DNA of 64,000 nt, taken from assembly GCA_964658305.1 (NCBI GenBank), contig OZ210885.1, forward strand, positions 3,906,001-3,970,000, given 5' to 3'. Of the stretch, positions 14,001 to 28,064 are shown in pieces. Under the pieces are notes generated by a model that made no database searches, was not told the DNA's origin, and saw only the letters and a list, made by a program, of their open reading frames with translations. Numbering within the stretch: the stretch's first letter is position 1; each line of letters opens with the position of its first letter. A program made the translations under genes and the position numbers. Source of the DNA: Leptogorgia sarmentosa (Eukaryota).

Positions 14001-17000
14001 CTGGGCGTTGTATAAAATCAATTAAACAAGAAATTAATTAAACAAGCCCAATAGTATTGGAAATCGTGTGGAAACACTCGCACTTCGTGCTCGTGTTCCC
14101 ACGGAATTTCTCGTTTCTCCCAAACTTCCACGCGTGTTTCTATAACTCTATAGAAAGTTAGAAAGAAATTTTTATGGAAATAAAATGTTTCTATATCTTA
14201 ACTGTTAAATGTTCTATACGTGTACAATAATCTTACTGCCTTTGTGTGAGACACAAAGCTTGTAATCGGACGTCTGCGCCTGCTGTACTGGGAGAAATAT
14301 TCCCGAATGGACTTGAATTGGAAAAATTACGCCGCAAATTCGCGTTATAGATCTTTAGCCTGTTTTCCACTGGGCGAATTTGTTTGCGTAAGCAGAGAAT
14401 AAAACAACTTGATTGGCTGGCAACAAACGCTGACGACATCACCACCCAATCACATTCGTGTTTTGCTTGTTCGCGCGAAAAAAATCGCCCAGTGGAAAAC
14501 TGGCTGTAAGCTCCCTACCTAATATCCGTTGGTGAAACAAACGTGTTAACAGTTTGTGATTAATTCTGTTCCTGTACTTTGATTACTTTGGTGTAGTGAA
14601 CAACGTGTTCTTTAAGGCAGTTGAAGTCAAGAACAGTACGCCATACGTACCAATATTGCCTAAACCCGAACCTCCTTCGAGCTCTGTGCCACCATCAGAA
14701 CTCCCCAAGAGCCAAGCATTCGTGGACCTAAATAAACCAAAACCTACACCAGCACGTTCACCTACACCTACACCTACACTTACATTTGATAATCAATGGA
14801 AAGCTCCATGGTTAAATATCCAACGAAATAAACAGCGCCAAGTTTCATCGGATAACGTAGTAAAATCCTATTCAGCTGTTTCAACACAGAAATATCACGA
14901 CGCCGCCAGCATTTTGAAACACAAACTCGACGCAAAAATCTTAAACATGCAGAACACAACGAAACCAACAACTGAAGTTTCACCAGCAAAACGCGAGCAT
15001 TTTTACAAACCCCATTCAGGTAAGAAATTATTTTTGAGCTAGATTTTCTGTTCGGTCGATATCATGACTTACGTTAAAAGGGATGGACGAGACGTAGGAT
15101 TTAAAGACGATTCAAATTTTTTTAGCTCTGCGTTCAGTATACAAATAATGAATGTTTATGAGTGCAATGGTAAGAATATTTTCATGAGGTGAAAGATGGA
15201 ATGTTCCATTAGTTTAATGGTTCCATTCACCGAGGCGAGGCCGAGTCTTCCATCTTTCACCGAATGAAAATATTCTTTCCATTGCACTCATAAACATTCA
15301 TTATTTGTTTTATATGACACCAAAATAAATTATTGACCGTTTTGGTATTTGAAATACCCGCCATTTTGTTTTGTTAGTTTACTAAATAAAATTCCATCGC
15401 TCACATGGTCGCGCCACGTTCATGGATTCGCCATTAAATGCGTGCGATAATAACATTTTGAGTGATTGAAAATAATTAAAACCACCGTGCAATGGAAAGA
15501 AATATTTGCACGGTTCCATTGCACGATCATGAAAATTGAATTTCTACTTTATATCACGTGATCGTAAATATATAATGATGTTTAATGCATGTTTATGCCG
15601 GGTTGGTATAAAGTTTCGGGGTGAGGTTTACAATAACTAACAGTGCGTGTTTGTTGATCTTGAAATATAGCCGCCTTTTCAAAACTTACTTCTCGTCAAT
15701 CCCCTTTTCCCCCCAAATTTTGTGCATCGTGCAATCTGCCATATAAACAAACTTTATTAAAAAACTGGAAATGTCAATGGTATTGTCATGTGAATAATTA
15801 GTGCAACTTTTAATATGCATTAAAATCATTATTTAGTCGCAGACCCGCACACCTGTAGTTTTGCCTGCAGCCGAAGCAGCAGCAAAGTCTCCATCGACCC
15901 ACTCAGGCACAATCTCCTCGCCGTGCCAATACTAATGGACTGGAAACGAGAAGTTGTAAAAAGACGCGGAAAGACTAACAAACGAGACGTCTACTACCGC
16001 ACGCCGTGTAATCGTAGACTCAGAAATATGGTTGAGATAATGCGGTACCTTCAGTTGACTGGCGAAAGCAGTCTGAACGTGGATCATTTTTCGTTTGATT
16101 GGAGGGTACGAACAGATAATGTTGTGCCACCGGTATGTGAATTCTTTGTTGTTGAGCAACGTCATTAACACCGTGGCTGTTCAGATAAAAACGCAGAAAG
16201 TCAATTGTTTTCAGTCGAAATATTTGAAGAAACTATTTATCAAATGAGACGTCTATATTAAAAGTTAAAGTATCACTTTTTTCCGTATTACACCTGCCAT
16301 TCTGTGTTGAAATTTCTGTGTTGAAACCTTTTCTAAACACCTTTTAGAATTAGGGTTGGGTTTGGATTCGGATTTAGGCTAAGATTTTTTTAGGTTTATA
16401 ATGCTTTAAAACCATAATCCTACCTTTAAACCAAGTCCTATAATCCTACCTTATTATATAACCTTAACTCTAGTTCAGAAAAAAACGTTTTGAAAACTGT
16501 CTCCAATGCGGTATTCTTTCCATCAAAGTATTTCACAGCGAAATCAGAAAATCAAATTTCAATGTTTTGGAAGCGTTGCAGGTTGCTGCATATGTGTTTT
16601 TCATACATGAAAAGTGTATTTCTCTAACAAACTAATCAGTCGAACCTAATTTTTTCATACCATATTTTTTGAGAACAATGGTTAAGCAGAGGTTTTCTTA
16701 TTCAGGTCGCTGTTGTTCCCGATATTTCAAATCAACAGGAAAATCGGCCTCTACCGGTAAGATAACTTTCTTATTCGCGAACAGACTATAAATACAAGTC
16801 TTCTGCAGTCTTAGGCCCACTTTTTATGTGCAAAATCTAAAGTGCATTTTCCACTTCACCCGAATCGTAACGTAGGTTATGTCTGTGTTTCATGAGCAGT
16901 GAAGTGGATCTAATGACTTCGACACAAAAGAAAATGCTCCGTTACGTTACGTTATGTTACGTTACGTTACGCTTGAAGTGGAATACGGCCTTGATGTTCA

Positions 17001-20000
17001 TGAGCCTGAACTTGGGGCGTATTGGTATTTTAGCAGCAAGCAGCCTGTATATACATTTCCTTCAAACTGTTTACTGGGGCCGAATGTTGTAGCCTATTAC
17101 CTTAGGGGTGGGGATATGGAGAAAGTGTATAGATAGCTATGCATTCGTTGAACAATAAAGTTAATTTTTATGTGTCCATCTACCTATTTAATCTTAAAAT
17201 CTCGTTTCACTTATCCACCAAGCTACAGTATACGTACTTCAAACAACGACGATTGTTAACCGGATAAAAATTTTCTTTCAGGCTGTTAACGAAGTAGACG
17301 GTACAAAGCCACCCAATATCAAATATATGAGCATGAGACAGTTTGCTCCGGAAGTTCAACTGACAACTGATCCGGGATTCATGCTCTGTTGTGATTGTAA
17401 AGATAATTGTTCGGTAAGTGAACCTGAGGTTATTGAGGTCCGTTCACGCCTGCAGTTTCACCTTTTGATGGATGTGAACGAGTGGATTGATAACGAATGT
17501 ACTGAGTTCGTGCTTCCTCACATGAACATTCGTGACTGGTGTATTCGTTCACATCCGTCAAAAGGAGAAAATTGCAGCGAGATTGCACGTGTGGACGGGC
17601 GCTCCTTCAGGCAGCAAACGTTACACGGTACGGTTTTGCTTGACTCGAGTTTTCTTCGCACGTGTTGTCAATGGCCTATTGCAATCGTCGCTTTTGCATG
17701 GCCTTTTTTCGCCGCAATGTATTTTTCGTGATATCAAAGACATGTTTTTTTGTTTTTGAAACAAAATATAGTTTTTCGCAGTCAGAATCATTCGGAAAAT
17801 TGATTTGTTGTTGGTTTCAAACACATTTTTGCGATTGAAGTTGCAAACATCCCCCTTCAGCCTAACTGAATCTAAGTTTTCTTGTTATATCCGTTCAAAT
17901 GAATTGTCATTCTTTTCAGGACCCGAATAAATGTGCGTGTATCCAGTTAACGATGCAAGGTTGCAAGGCAATGGACATGAAAGATGTCAACAAGATGACG
18001 TATCAATACAAGCGACTAAAAGATTGTATTCAGACCGGGTAAGTATTGAATAACACACTTCAGTGTGTTTACCTAAAGCCCGTTTTCCACTCACGTATTT
18101 CGCCGCCGCTGGCGAAAAATTTCGCCACTGAAAAATTTAATCCTTTGTTCATTCGCCCTATCAGCTGAAGGTCTGACAAAAGTTGAACATTTTCAACAAC
18201 TAGAGAGTCGGAATAAATTTCTTCAGTGGCGAATGAGTGTAAAAACGTGATTTCTTTCTCAATTATTTCGCCGGCGGAGGCGAACTACGTGAGTGGAAAA
18301 CGGGCTTAAACGATACAAACAGATTTGAACGTTTCAGCAAAAACTTTTCGTCGGAAATTAATGTGTGTCACGAAGGTAAATATTTTTGAAGGTTGGTCTT
18401 TGTATCGATTGGAAATTGTATACACACATGTCAAATTCTAGGTGGGGACAGTTAAGAAAAATTCATCACTCGATACTAAGACCAATCAACCCAACAGAAA
18501 AATTTACCGCATCCAGTGAAGTACCAAAATTATTGATTCACTCTCAGAACTGTGTCACAAAGGCAGAGTTGCAAAAAAGCTGCGAGTATGCGGGTACCAC
18601 CCGGAGGAAGGTTTGCGATATGTGAGGTGATTGAGGAAGACAGAGGCTAAGAAGCCAATTTTCAATGACGTAATCTGTGTATTTTTTTATTTGAAAGTCA
18701 TAATTCGCATTCATTTTGAGGAAAGTTAACAATTCAAAATTTTACACAGAGGAAACTTGAACACTTTTTGCAACTCTGCACAAAGGGCCTTCGCTCGAAA
18801 ATCCAATCTGTTTGTATCGTTCAGGTAGTGAGTAATATTGATTGTTGCCTAGATTAAAATTTAGTTCGAAGTTGGAATCGTTCAATATACCATTAAACCC
18901 ATTGTTTTTTTTGTATTTAGAATTTACGAGTGCAATTCAGAATGTTCATGTACGAAGAACTGTCTTAATCGTGTCGTTCAGAACGGAATTCAATTACGAT
19001 TGGAAGTCTTCAAAACGGAAAACAGGTATCCATATATATTTGTGTGTCCTGTTTTAAGGGCTCTATCAAGAATTAGGCTATAACCTTGCAGACCAAATTT
19101 AAAAAAAAATCAAAATGAGAAAAGCTCTAAACATCACAACTTTAAAGAGCACCCCATTCTATTTATTAATTGCCAGGCCCATATTTGCAATTTCATAGCT
19201 TTTTGAACGTTTTTACAACGATTAAAACAATCACTATTCACTGAATGAAGTTATCCGATTTTGAACAACCGGCCTCTTCTTGTAATACCATGAGTACTTT
19301 TGTTCCAAAGACATGCCAATGTATTTTTCCATAATTGATTGATTTTTGATGGGCTTTCCCCTTTTAAAACGAACTTTTGAATTAAGAAAGTTCATTACTC
19401 GACATTAGCACAGTTGAAAAGTGCATCATAAATTTAGTAAAGCTGTGAAGTTTGGTTGCAAAATATCGCAAACGTTTTGAAATACAGGCATTTGAAGTTT
19501 GCTAATTTTGTATACTTTTGTATTACGCACGACAAAGTGATAATCGCATTCGAAATCTGATTATCACTTCGCCGTGCAAGTCTACAAAAGTATACAAAAT
19601 GAGCAAACTTTAAATGAATGTATTTTTCCACATTATACGTTATTTTGCAACCAAACTTCACAACTCTACTACATTAATGATGCTCTTTCCAGCTGTGATG
19701 AAGAATTCTTCTCATTCGAAAGTTCGTCTAAAAGGGAAAATGTCCATTGGATGAATTTCATTTTCTTACAGAGGTTGGGGTTTGAGAGCAACAGATGATA
19801 TTCCTGCTGGAACGTTTGTGTGCACTTACGCTGGTTATATATTGAACGAAGAACTTGCAAATCAGGATGGTAGAAAGTATGGCGATGAATATATGGCTGA
19901 ACTGGACTATATTGGTGAGAATTATTATATAATAACTACAGTGAAACACGCAATTTGATTGGTCAATAGCCGTGCAGGATCAGACAATCCTACCGAAAAA

Positions 20001-23000
20001 TTCTGAATGCTTACTCACTAGAATAATGCTCACAAATTATTGCTATCGAAAACAACAACTATTTATCGAAAAGAAATTAACGTTTTCCGCTGTTTCACTG
20101 TAGTTATTTTATAAAACAATTATCAATTGCTTTTCCCGTGCAGGATAGCGTCATCCATGCATTTGGACCTTGGGTTTCGGAAAGCTGAAAGCTGGCTTTC
20201 CGATTTCCGAAACTCGCGCCATATCCCGCGTGGATGGATGACGTAATCCTGCAGAAAACCGTTTGGTAATCCTTTAATATTGCTGAAACGCGAGTTCACA
20301 CTAATGTGTAATGCTTTCCTGATGGTGATTTTTTTTTGTGTTGCGTTGTGTTGTGTTGCGTTGCGTTGCGTTGCGTTGTGTTGTGTTGCGTTGTGTTGTG
20401 TTGTGTTGCGTTCTGTTGTGTTGTGTTGTGTTGTGTTGTGTTGCGTTGCGTTCTGTTGTGTTGTGTTGTGTTGCGCTGTGTTGTGTTGCGCTGTGTTGTG
20501 TTGTGTTGCGCTGTGTTGTGTTGTGTTGTGTTGCGCTGTGTTGTGTTGTGTTGCGCTGTGTTGTGTTGTGTTGTGTTGTGTTGTGTTGTGTTGCGTTGTG
20601 TTGCGCTGTGTTGCGCTGTGTTGTGTTGTGTTGCGCTGTGTTGTGTTGTGTTGCGTTGTGTTGCGTTGTGTTGTGTTGTGTTGCGTTGCGTTGCGTTCTG
20701 TTGTGTTGTGTTGTGTTGCGCTGTGTTGTGTTGTGTTGCGCTATGTTGTGTTGTGTTGCGCTGTGTTGTGTTGCGCTGTGTTGTGTTGTGTTGCGTTGTG
20801 TTGCGTTGTGTTGTGTTGCGCTGTGTTGTGTTGCGCTGTGTTGTGTTGTGTTGCGTTGTGTTGCGTTGTGTTGTGTTGTGTTGCGTTGTGTTGCGTTGTG
20901 TTGCGTTATGTTGTGTTGCGTTGTGTTGCGTTGTGTTGTGTTGCGTTGTGTTGCGTTGTGTTGTGTTGTGTTGCGTTGTGTTGCGTTGCGTTGTGTTGCG
21001 TTGTGTTGTGTTGCGTTGTGTTGCGTTGTGTTGTGTTGCGTTGCGTTGTGTTGCGTTGTGTTGTGTTGTGTTGCGTTGTGTTGCGTTGTGTTGCGTTATG
21101 TTGTGTTGCGTTGTGTTGCGTTGTGTTGTGTTGCGTTGTGTTGCGTTGTGTTGTGTTGTGTTGCGTTGTGTTGCGTTGCGTTGTGTTGCGTTGTGTTGTG
21201 TTGCGTTGTGTTGCGTTGTGTTGCGTTGCGTTGTGTTGCGTTATGTTGTGTTGCGTTGTGTTGTGTTGCGTTGTGTTGCGTTGTGTTGTGTTGTGTTGTG
21301 TTGCGTTGTGTTGCGTTGTGTTGTGTTGCGTTGTGTTGCGTTGTGTTGTGTTGTGTTGCGTTGCGTTGCGTTGTGTTGTTTTGCGTTTGTATTGTGTTGT
21401 ACTGTAATTGCTGACCTGCATGCGGTAATGTAATGTGTAAAGTGGTTCAATGTATGTTTTTTATTGTTGTATATGTTGTAACAGTCTCGGCTTCTGATGT
21501 GACGAACTTTTTCTTCTCTTTCTTCAGAGGTTGCCGAGAAGGCAAAAGAAGGTTATGAGTCTGATGTGTCAGATCTTGAGGAAGACGACAATGTTATTGA
21601 TGACATGTTACAATCGGATGATAATTTTTCTTATAGCGGCAACAGGTAAGAAGAACTTACAGCCGTTGATATATGTACACTGTGAAAGTACACTGCGGCC
21701 ATTTGGGATTTTGCATATTTGTCATGTTTCCTACATTTCACGACGGAATGCGCCTTTGTGGCTGTTAAAGATGCCAGGAATATCACTCGCAATCGAATAA
21801 GACTGCTTTATATAGACATAAGAAATTAACGACGCACTATATCAGCACGACAAAAATTAACGAATCATTTATAACTAATTAACACCGAGCACTTAGATTA
21901 ACAACTTAATTCACGCGAATTTTCAAAATACGGGTTTATAAAGTGCATCGTCAATTTCCTATAATAGGACATAAGAATGCAGCGGAATTTGATTGTATTG
22001 AAATTATTTTCTCCACAGCGCCATTGGATCAAGAAATGAAGATGACGATGACTATGATGATATCGGAGAAGACGATGATGATGATGACCACAATTATAGT
22101 TTTGATGATGATGATGATGATGGTAGTTTGAGCAGTGCTGAGGGAGTCGACAAGGTGTGTTAGTGATTCGTACCTGCATGTTTATAGTTGTCTACAATAT
22201 CAAGCAATATTGTTGAGAACCGAGTGTAACAATATTGTTTATTATTATGAACAATATATGAGCAAGAAGACATTGTTTAATCCTGTTTTCGTCATCAACC
22301 TTCAACAAGTCGAATATAACTAGCCTTTCATTTTGTGCATGGGGTCTGGAAACTACTGCCATCAAACCGAGGCCAATCAATCCATTGAAAAAATCCTGCC
22401 GAAATTAAATAGACAAAACTGACGATTAATCTGAAATTTAAAATTGGCACCTCTTCACCTGTCTGCCTCGTTTTGATGCAACTTGTTTCCACACTCCAAG
22501 CGTAAAATGGCAATTAGCATATCCTGTATACTTGCTCCGAAAAGTTGTCTGTTCCCCTTTCTTGTATTGTCATATATGAAACGTGCGGAGTAGGGAGCCT
22601 GGCTTAATATGGAGGCTTCTCAATACAAAAGCTAGAGGTGACATATGCGTGGATATTGTCATTATTCAATTTTTCTTTATTAGCAGATCTTGGATACTCA
22701 GAACACACAAAAAAGGTTTGTCTTTCGTTTTTATGGGAATGTATTATGTATGTTACAAGCAAATAAACACCACTTCGTTATTAGCTACTATTACGTATAC
22801 TGTAAACATTTTAGATTTTGGTTTTTAAATCGGCAAACTGGCTTGAAAGGATTGTCTTAAGAGTTATTGGATGATACACGCAGAGAAATTGGTGACTCAT
22901 GGATTAGTTATTTCTGTCAAAACTCGGCTTAAACATTTAAAACAACTTTCACGAATTTTGAGACAAATTTAACATCTAATATAAATACAGGGAATTAAAC

Positions 23001-26000
23001 ACTCAGGCGAATAAAAACTGTAGCTCGCCTGGTAGTTGCTCCAAACGACGCTCTCGTAACAAACGTTTCCATCGTCCTGTGTCTGCTTTCATTTCAACCG
23101 TATTGTAACAACCAAATTGTTACTGAAAGGTTGTCATGCAGTGTAATATGTTACAAAATATCTCGAGAAAGAAGAGAGTTTCAAAGAGGTTATACAGTTG
23201 ACTATTTTGGGCGATCTTAATCAACGAAACGTTGGACAAAGTTTTGTTTCATAGGCACTTCAATAACTTTGATCTAATTCATATGTTTTGCTCATTTTCA
23301 AAAAGTAATGAGCTACGCACCTAAAAAGAACGTGATCAGCACTTTGAAATACATGTTGTGATACATTATCTATGCAATGTCATTCCCTTACGCAATGTTT
23401 TTTTTTGTATTAAGGAATGTTTCTTCCGAAGAATCTTTGGTTGTTGAAAGAGAATCAAAAGCGAATGTTTTGGCACGTTTTGGCACTCCTTTAATGTAAG
23501 TATATGATTAAAATAGTAAACGTGGACTACGCTACAGGCAAAATTTGATCCCTTTCTCGATATATGAGCAAGCTTGTGCAATCTTACTAGAGGCAACCTA
23601 TGAGCTACCTTGCTTGCAACTTATGAGCAACCTTGCTTGCAACCTATGAGCAACCTTGCTTGCAACCTATGAGCAACCTTGCTTGCAACTTATGAGCAAC
23701 CTTGCTTGCAATCTATGAGCAACCTTGCTTGCAACCTATGAGCAACCTTGCTTGCCACCTATGAGCAACCTTGCTTGCAATCTATGAGCAACCTTGCTTA
23801 CAATCTATGAGCAACCTTGCTTGCAACCTATGAGCAACCTTGCTTGCAACCTATGAGCAACCTTGCTTGCAACCTATGAGCAACCTTGCTTGCAACCTAT
23901 GAGCAACCTTGCTTGCAATCTATGAGCAACCTTGCTTACAATCTATGAGCAACCTTGCTTGCAACCTATGAGCAACCTTGCTTGCAACCTATGAGCAACC
24001 TTGCTTGCAACCTATGAGCAACCTTGCTTGCAATCTATGAGCAACCTTGCTTGCAACCTATGAGCAAAGCTGCTCATATATCGAGAAGGGGCCCAAAATT
24101 TGTTCATATTTTCAAAGCATTTCAAATCTCATACAAGTGCCACTTATTAGGTGCGTTTTGGCTTTAAAGAGAAATGATGAAGATTTGATCAAAACCTCGC
24201 AGTTTTTGAAACGGCATGCGTCAGGTGAGACGTCGGTCAAATTCAGTGAAGACTCATGTAAAACTGTGAATGGAGTGTCACCACAACCTGAAATCAAAGG
24301 TAAGTTTTCTTTAAAACGGTCATTATAACTATAACAGACCCATTGCGTAATAGACAAGGAACGTGGGGCACGTCTCTCGTCCTTACGAAATATTCAAAGC
24401 TAACTTTATGTTTCATCTCTTGCAGACACCTGTGACACCAAACCCGAAGTTCAGTGCGAGACCAGTGCAACTCCAGCGCAAGTTAACCCCGTCTCTTCCA
24501 ACGAAGAAAATCAAAACACAATTGGTAATGTAGAGGACAAGAAAATTCTCGAAACGCCAACACAGGACTTACCTGTTAAGGAAGACGGGAATAAACTCGA
24601 CGAGACACGCGATAAGACGGAACAAGAGGAGACGAAGTCCAAAGAGGAGGAAGACGATGCTCCTCAGTTGCTTTCTGCTGACGACTTACAACGTCTTGCT
24701 GCAAGTCAACCTAAGAGCTTGCAGCCTCCCGTTCTGACACGACGTGCCACTGTTCTTGATGAAACCATTGAAAAACTTAAAAAACGCGTCGTGAGTCCTG
24801 ATCTATCTCTGCTGGAAACTCAAAATACCACAGAAAAAGCACAAAGTTGTATCAATGAACTTAAAACAGACGACACTTGTGAGGAATCTAAAGATATTGC
24901 CGTGAGTGACAAGAAAACTATTTTCCATGGTGTTAGAGATGATAATAGCATAGACCGATCAGAAACTAGTTCACCTTCACGGAATTCCAGCTCTGTGTCG
25001 CAATCGACCTCAAGTCGAAGCAGTTCTCCTGCTGTTGATGTAGTTAACAGATATAAAGAAGAACAGAAAGCAAAAAGATCAGCCGAAAAAGGTAGGTCTA
25101 TCCAAGTGTACGTTTGAGCGCTGCTGCAATTTCTTGCCTACGATCAGAGGAAATCCAAAAATTGCACGTTTTACTAATACGAACAACAAAGGCATTTTCA
25201 GGTGAAGAAACATGCACTCACTACACTCGTTGGTAATCTACTCATTCACATCTATCATAAGGAGAAATCTCAGCGGAAATTGCAAGCATTAGGCCTAAGG
25301 ACCGGACGCGGTTTGTTAACGCGACACGATTTTTCAGTTCTTAAAAGTGCATAAAACAGTCCCAAAAAGTACATTTTTGGAAGCTGTGTGAACCTGTGAG
25401 ATGAGATGTTTTCCAGCTAGAAAAGCCGGAGCAATTATATTTGCTTTTGAAAACTGAAAAATTGCGTCGTGTCATCGAATCGCGTCCGGTCTTGTGTGGG
25501 TGTAAAGGCCCACACAGAGCAGACGCGATTTGGTAAGGCCACGCGATTTATCAGTTTTTGAAAGTGCACAGAACTGTGTCAGAAAGTAAATTTTGGAAGC
25601 CACATGAACCTGGTGAGTTAAAAAGTCCTGTCGCTATGAAATTTGGGGAGATATTGAATCAGAAGTAATATTCGCTTCTAAAAACGTCTGGTCTCTGTGG
25701 GCCATTAAACGGACCTTAAGGAAGCGACGTTTTTATCAACGTATTTGAAACAAGGACGGCTTAGCCATCATAGCATTTATAATGTTTCGTTTCACTTCCG
25801 GTTGGCGTCCACGTTGTCAAAAACATCGCTTGCTTAAGTTTTCTACTGTTTCGCAATATTGATTAGCATCTTGCCCGTGCAAATTACAACTGATACTCTC
25901 AACTGCCTGAGGTCAAGTGGGAAGTATTGTGTTCTCGTAGGATATGAGAATTTATTAAGGCTTCGGTTTGTGTTATCTGCCTCAACCTTCGGCTTTGGCT

Positions 26001-28064
26001 GAAAACACAAACTTCTGCCTTAATGAATCCTCATGTCCTACGCGACCGCATTCAATAACTTCTCATTGATGATTGATGAACATTAATTAATAACTATTGC
26101 AGAAAACGATTCCACAACTGGTCAAAACGCAAACATGAAGTTTCTTAAAACACGATCGCTTTTCGGTGAGGAGCATTGCTACGTCATAGATGCTACATTT
26201 GGAAACTGCGGACGATTCCTTAATGTGAGTACAATTACGTTTTAAGTAAATAGGCCTCAGCGCAAGCAGCAATAGAGAGGCCGCCTCAACGACGCGCCTT
26301 CGAAACCAAAAAATTTGCCAAGAAAGACAAAAATTATGAATAACCTGTGGTCCCAGGAGTCTTCTCCGCGGCTCTGTCGTTCTCATCGCAACGTCAAACT
26401 AATGGTTATCACATCTTATGACGTTTCACAGCATTACCCAACCACTAAAATACAAAGTGCGGCAAAGTGATAATCACATTCGAAATCTGATTATAAAATA
26501 GCCTTTCAAAAACACGGGCGTTGATTGGTTGAGAGCTCAAAAAACCCGTGTTTCTATAACACTATAAAACACGAGGATTTTCACGCGGGTTGCGCGGGAA
26601 ATTAAAGAACAAAATAAATCTTTGAATGAATGTAATTAAAATCAATAAATTTATCTTTTTTATTGTTTTTAAAAAGCTATAATTAATAAAGGAAATAGAA
26701 AACATTTTTTCCATGTTCCTATAAGTTATATATAGTAAGTTTGGGAGAAACTCGAAATTGTGTGGAAACATTCCCACGGAATTTCTCGTTTCTCCCAAAC
26801 TTCCACGCGTGTTTCTATTCTATAGAAACACGAAAAATGTTTTCTATTTCTTAAATCACCATTCCATGCGTAATACAAAAGTAAACAAAATTCGCAAACT
26901 CGACATGACGAGTTTACGATATTTTGTAGCCAAACTTGACAGTTTTACTAAAGTTATGATGCTCTTTCCAGCTGTGCTAATAAATTTTCCTAATTGAACA
27001 GTTTTTCTAACAGGGGAAAGGTCCATTGTGCTATTTCGATTTTTTTTGAAATTTTTTGTCTACGCAATCTGTCCATTAATACCTTTCCCCTTTTAGACAA
27101 ACTTTCGAATTAGGAAAATTCACTACAGCTGGAAAGAGCATCACTAATTTAGTGAAATTGCGATATTTGGTTACAAAATAACGTAAAATCTGGAAAATAC
27201 AGCCATTTATAGTTTGCGAATTTTGTATACTTCGAATCTGACTATCAGTCTGATTATCACGCACTTCGTGTGTAATACAAAGTATACAAAATTCGCCAAC
27301 TTCAGTTTTACAATATCTTCCCAGGTGTAAACATTTTCCGTTCTCTTTTTAGCATTCCTGTTCACCAAATTTATTTGTACAAAATGTTTTCATCGACACC
27401 CATGACATGCGTTTTCCTTGGGTGGCATTTTTTGCTCAAAGGTAAGTGCTAGCTATATACAATTTGTTGAAAATTGAAAAAGCTGAAATCTTGTTGTAAG
27501 AAGAACAAGCTATTTTCTCTGTTCCAATGCTGCATACAATTATACCATCAACAAGCACCAATGGTTTCATTTTATTTACTCCCTAAACGATACAGAGCAA
27601 AGGCACAGTATAAAAGATACCGTAGTCCATCTCTATTGTGTTTTTTTTTGTAACTCAGCAAGAGCCCTAAACAGAAGCAGTCACCCCCCTGGCAATACTC
27701 AAAATGGCGCTGTTCGGAAAGAAAGCGGCGTGAAAATTCGAACAAAAATAATAAGTGTGGATCCATTGATAAGTGCGTGACTAACGGCGATCCACACTTT
27801 TTATTTTTGGGCTAGCTTTGCTGCTTGTTGATGTCACCCACTACTTAACACTGGCCGCATATTGAAGTTTGATACCATTATACCGTATTCTTCGTTGCAA
27901 TTAATCTCTCGTAATTGTTGATTCCAACGCTCTGCTTCCTCTGTAGAAATATCAAAGCGGGCTCAGAACTCACCTGGGATTACATGTATGAAGTCGGCAG
28001 TGTCAGGGACAAATCTCTTTATTGTTTGTGTGGCTCAAGTGGATGTCGTGGAAGACTTCTGTAG
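5012..28064 (+). CDS. SETDB1: Histone-lysine N-methyltransferase SETDB1/eggless (multi-exon; 5' end not resolved)
   Basis: GT-AG exons splice in frame. Tudor exons 6567-10072: [42 protein letters not shown] exon 15837-16132: [19 protein letters not shown]. Pre-[32 protein letters not shown]-half: [34 protein letters not shown]. Then a long insertion (about 21.5-25.1 kb). SET C-half: [46 protein letters not shown]. Post-[16 protein letters not shown] ends at 28064. Confidence 0.96.
5898..6142. mobile_element. Tc1/mariner-type MITE in SETDB1 intron
   Basis: TA|CAGGGTGTAC...ATACCCTG|TA with long imperfect inverted arms. Confidence 0.7.
10716..12151. mobile_element. Kolobok-type non-autonomous DNA transposon
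   Basis: TTAA|AGGGTATTGGCACTAAAAATTTTTATTGG ... CCAATAAAAATTTTTAGTGCCAATACCCT|TTAA: TTAA TSD and RR..YY termini. Confidence 0.85.
11005..11270 (+). pseudogene. KolX / P2X7-ballast-like Cys-rich protein fragment inside the Kolobok element
   Basis: LPYQFEP..acidic..[25 protein letters not shown]; in-frame TGA at 11173-11175, truncated. Confidence 0.7.
12311..12503. mobile_element. PIF/Harbinger-like MITE
   Basis: AGGTACGTTTACACGCTGCGATTTGTCGGGCACGATCCG / CGGATCGTGCCCGACAAATCGTAGCGTGTAAACGTAGCT inverted ends. Confidence 0.75.
13238..13428. mobile_element. Harbinger-like MITE overlapping a SETDB1 splice donor
   Basis: About 50-bp imperfect inverted ends related to 12311-12503 (shared ATTCTGGCGTATG-like core). 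Confidence 0.6.
14357..14505. mobile_element. Harbinger-like MITE
   Basis: AGCCTGTTTTCCACTGGGCGA / TCGCCCAGTGGAAAACTGGCT. Confidence 0.7.
18067..18830. mobile_element. CACTA/EnSpm-like non-autonomous element with a Harbinger-like MITE (18077-18306, TAA TSD) inserted in its left TIR
   Basis: Right end GTATCGTTCAGGTAGTG (reverse complement CACTACCTGAACGATAC). Left end TACC-TAA[AGCCCGTTTTCCACTCACGTA...TACGTGAGTGGAAAACGGGCT]TAA-ACGATACAAACAGATT. Confidence 0.65.
20337..21400. repeat. (TTGTG/TTGCG)n pentanucleotide microsatellite, about 1 kb, intronic
   Basis: Direct observation. Confidence 0.98.
23546..24097. repeat. 23-bp minisatellite (about 20 copies, 23593-24066) enclosed by MITE-like inverted ends
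   Basis: Unit GCAACCTATGAGCAACCTTGCTT; flanks TTCTCGATATATGAGC / GCTCATATATCGAGAA are inverted. Confidence 0.9.

Noticed and set aside
19026..19771. SETDB1 intron starting GTATCC as a possible U12 intron
   Set aside because: Continues AT rather than TT, has a normal pyrimidine tract and no CCTTAAC-like branch site
20280..21450. Cys/Val-rich 350-375 aa ORFs
   Set aside because: Translation of an intronic pentanucleotide microsatellite
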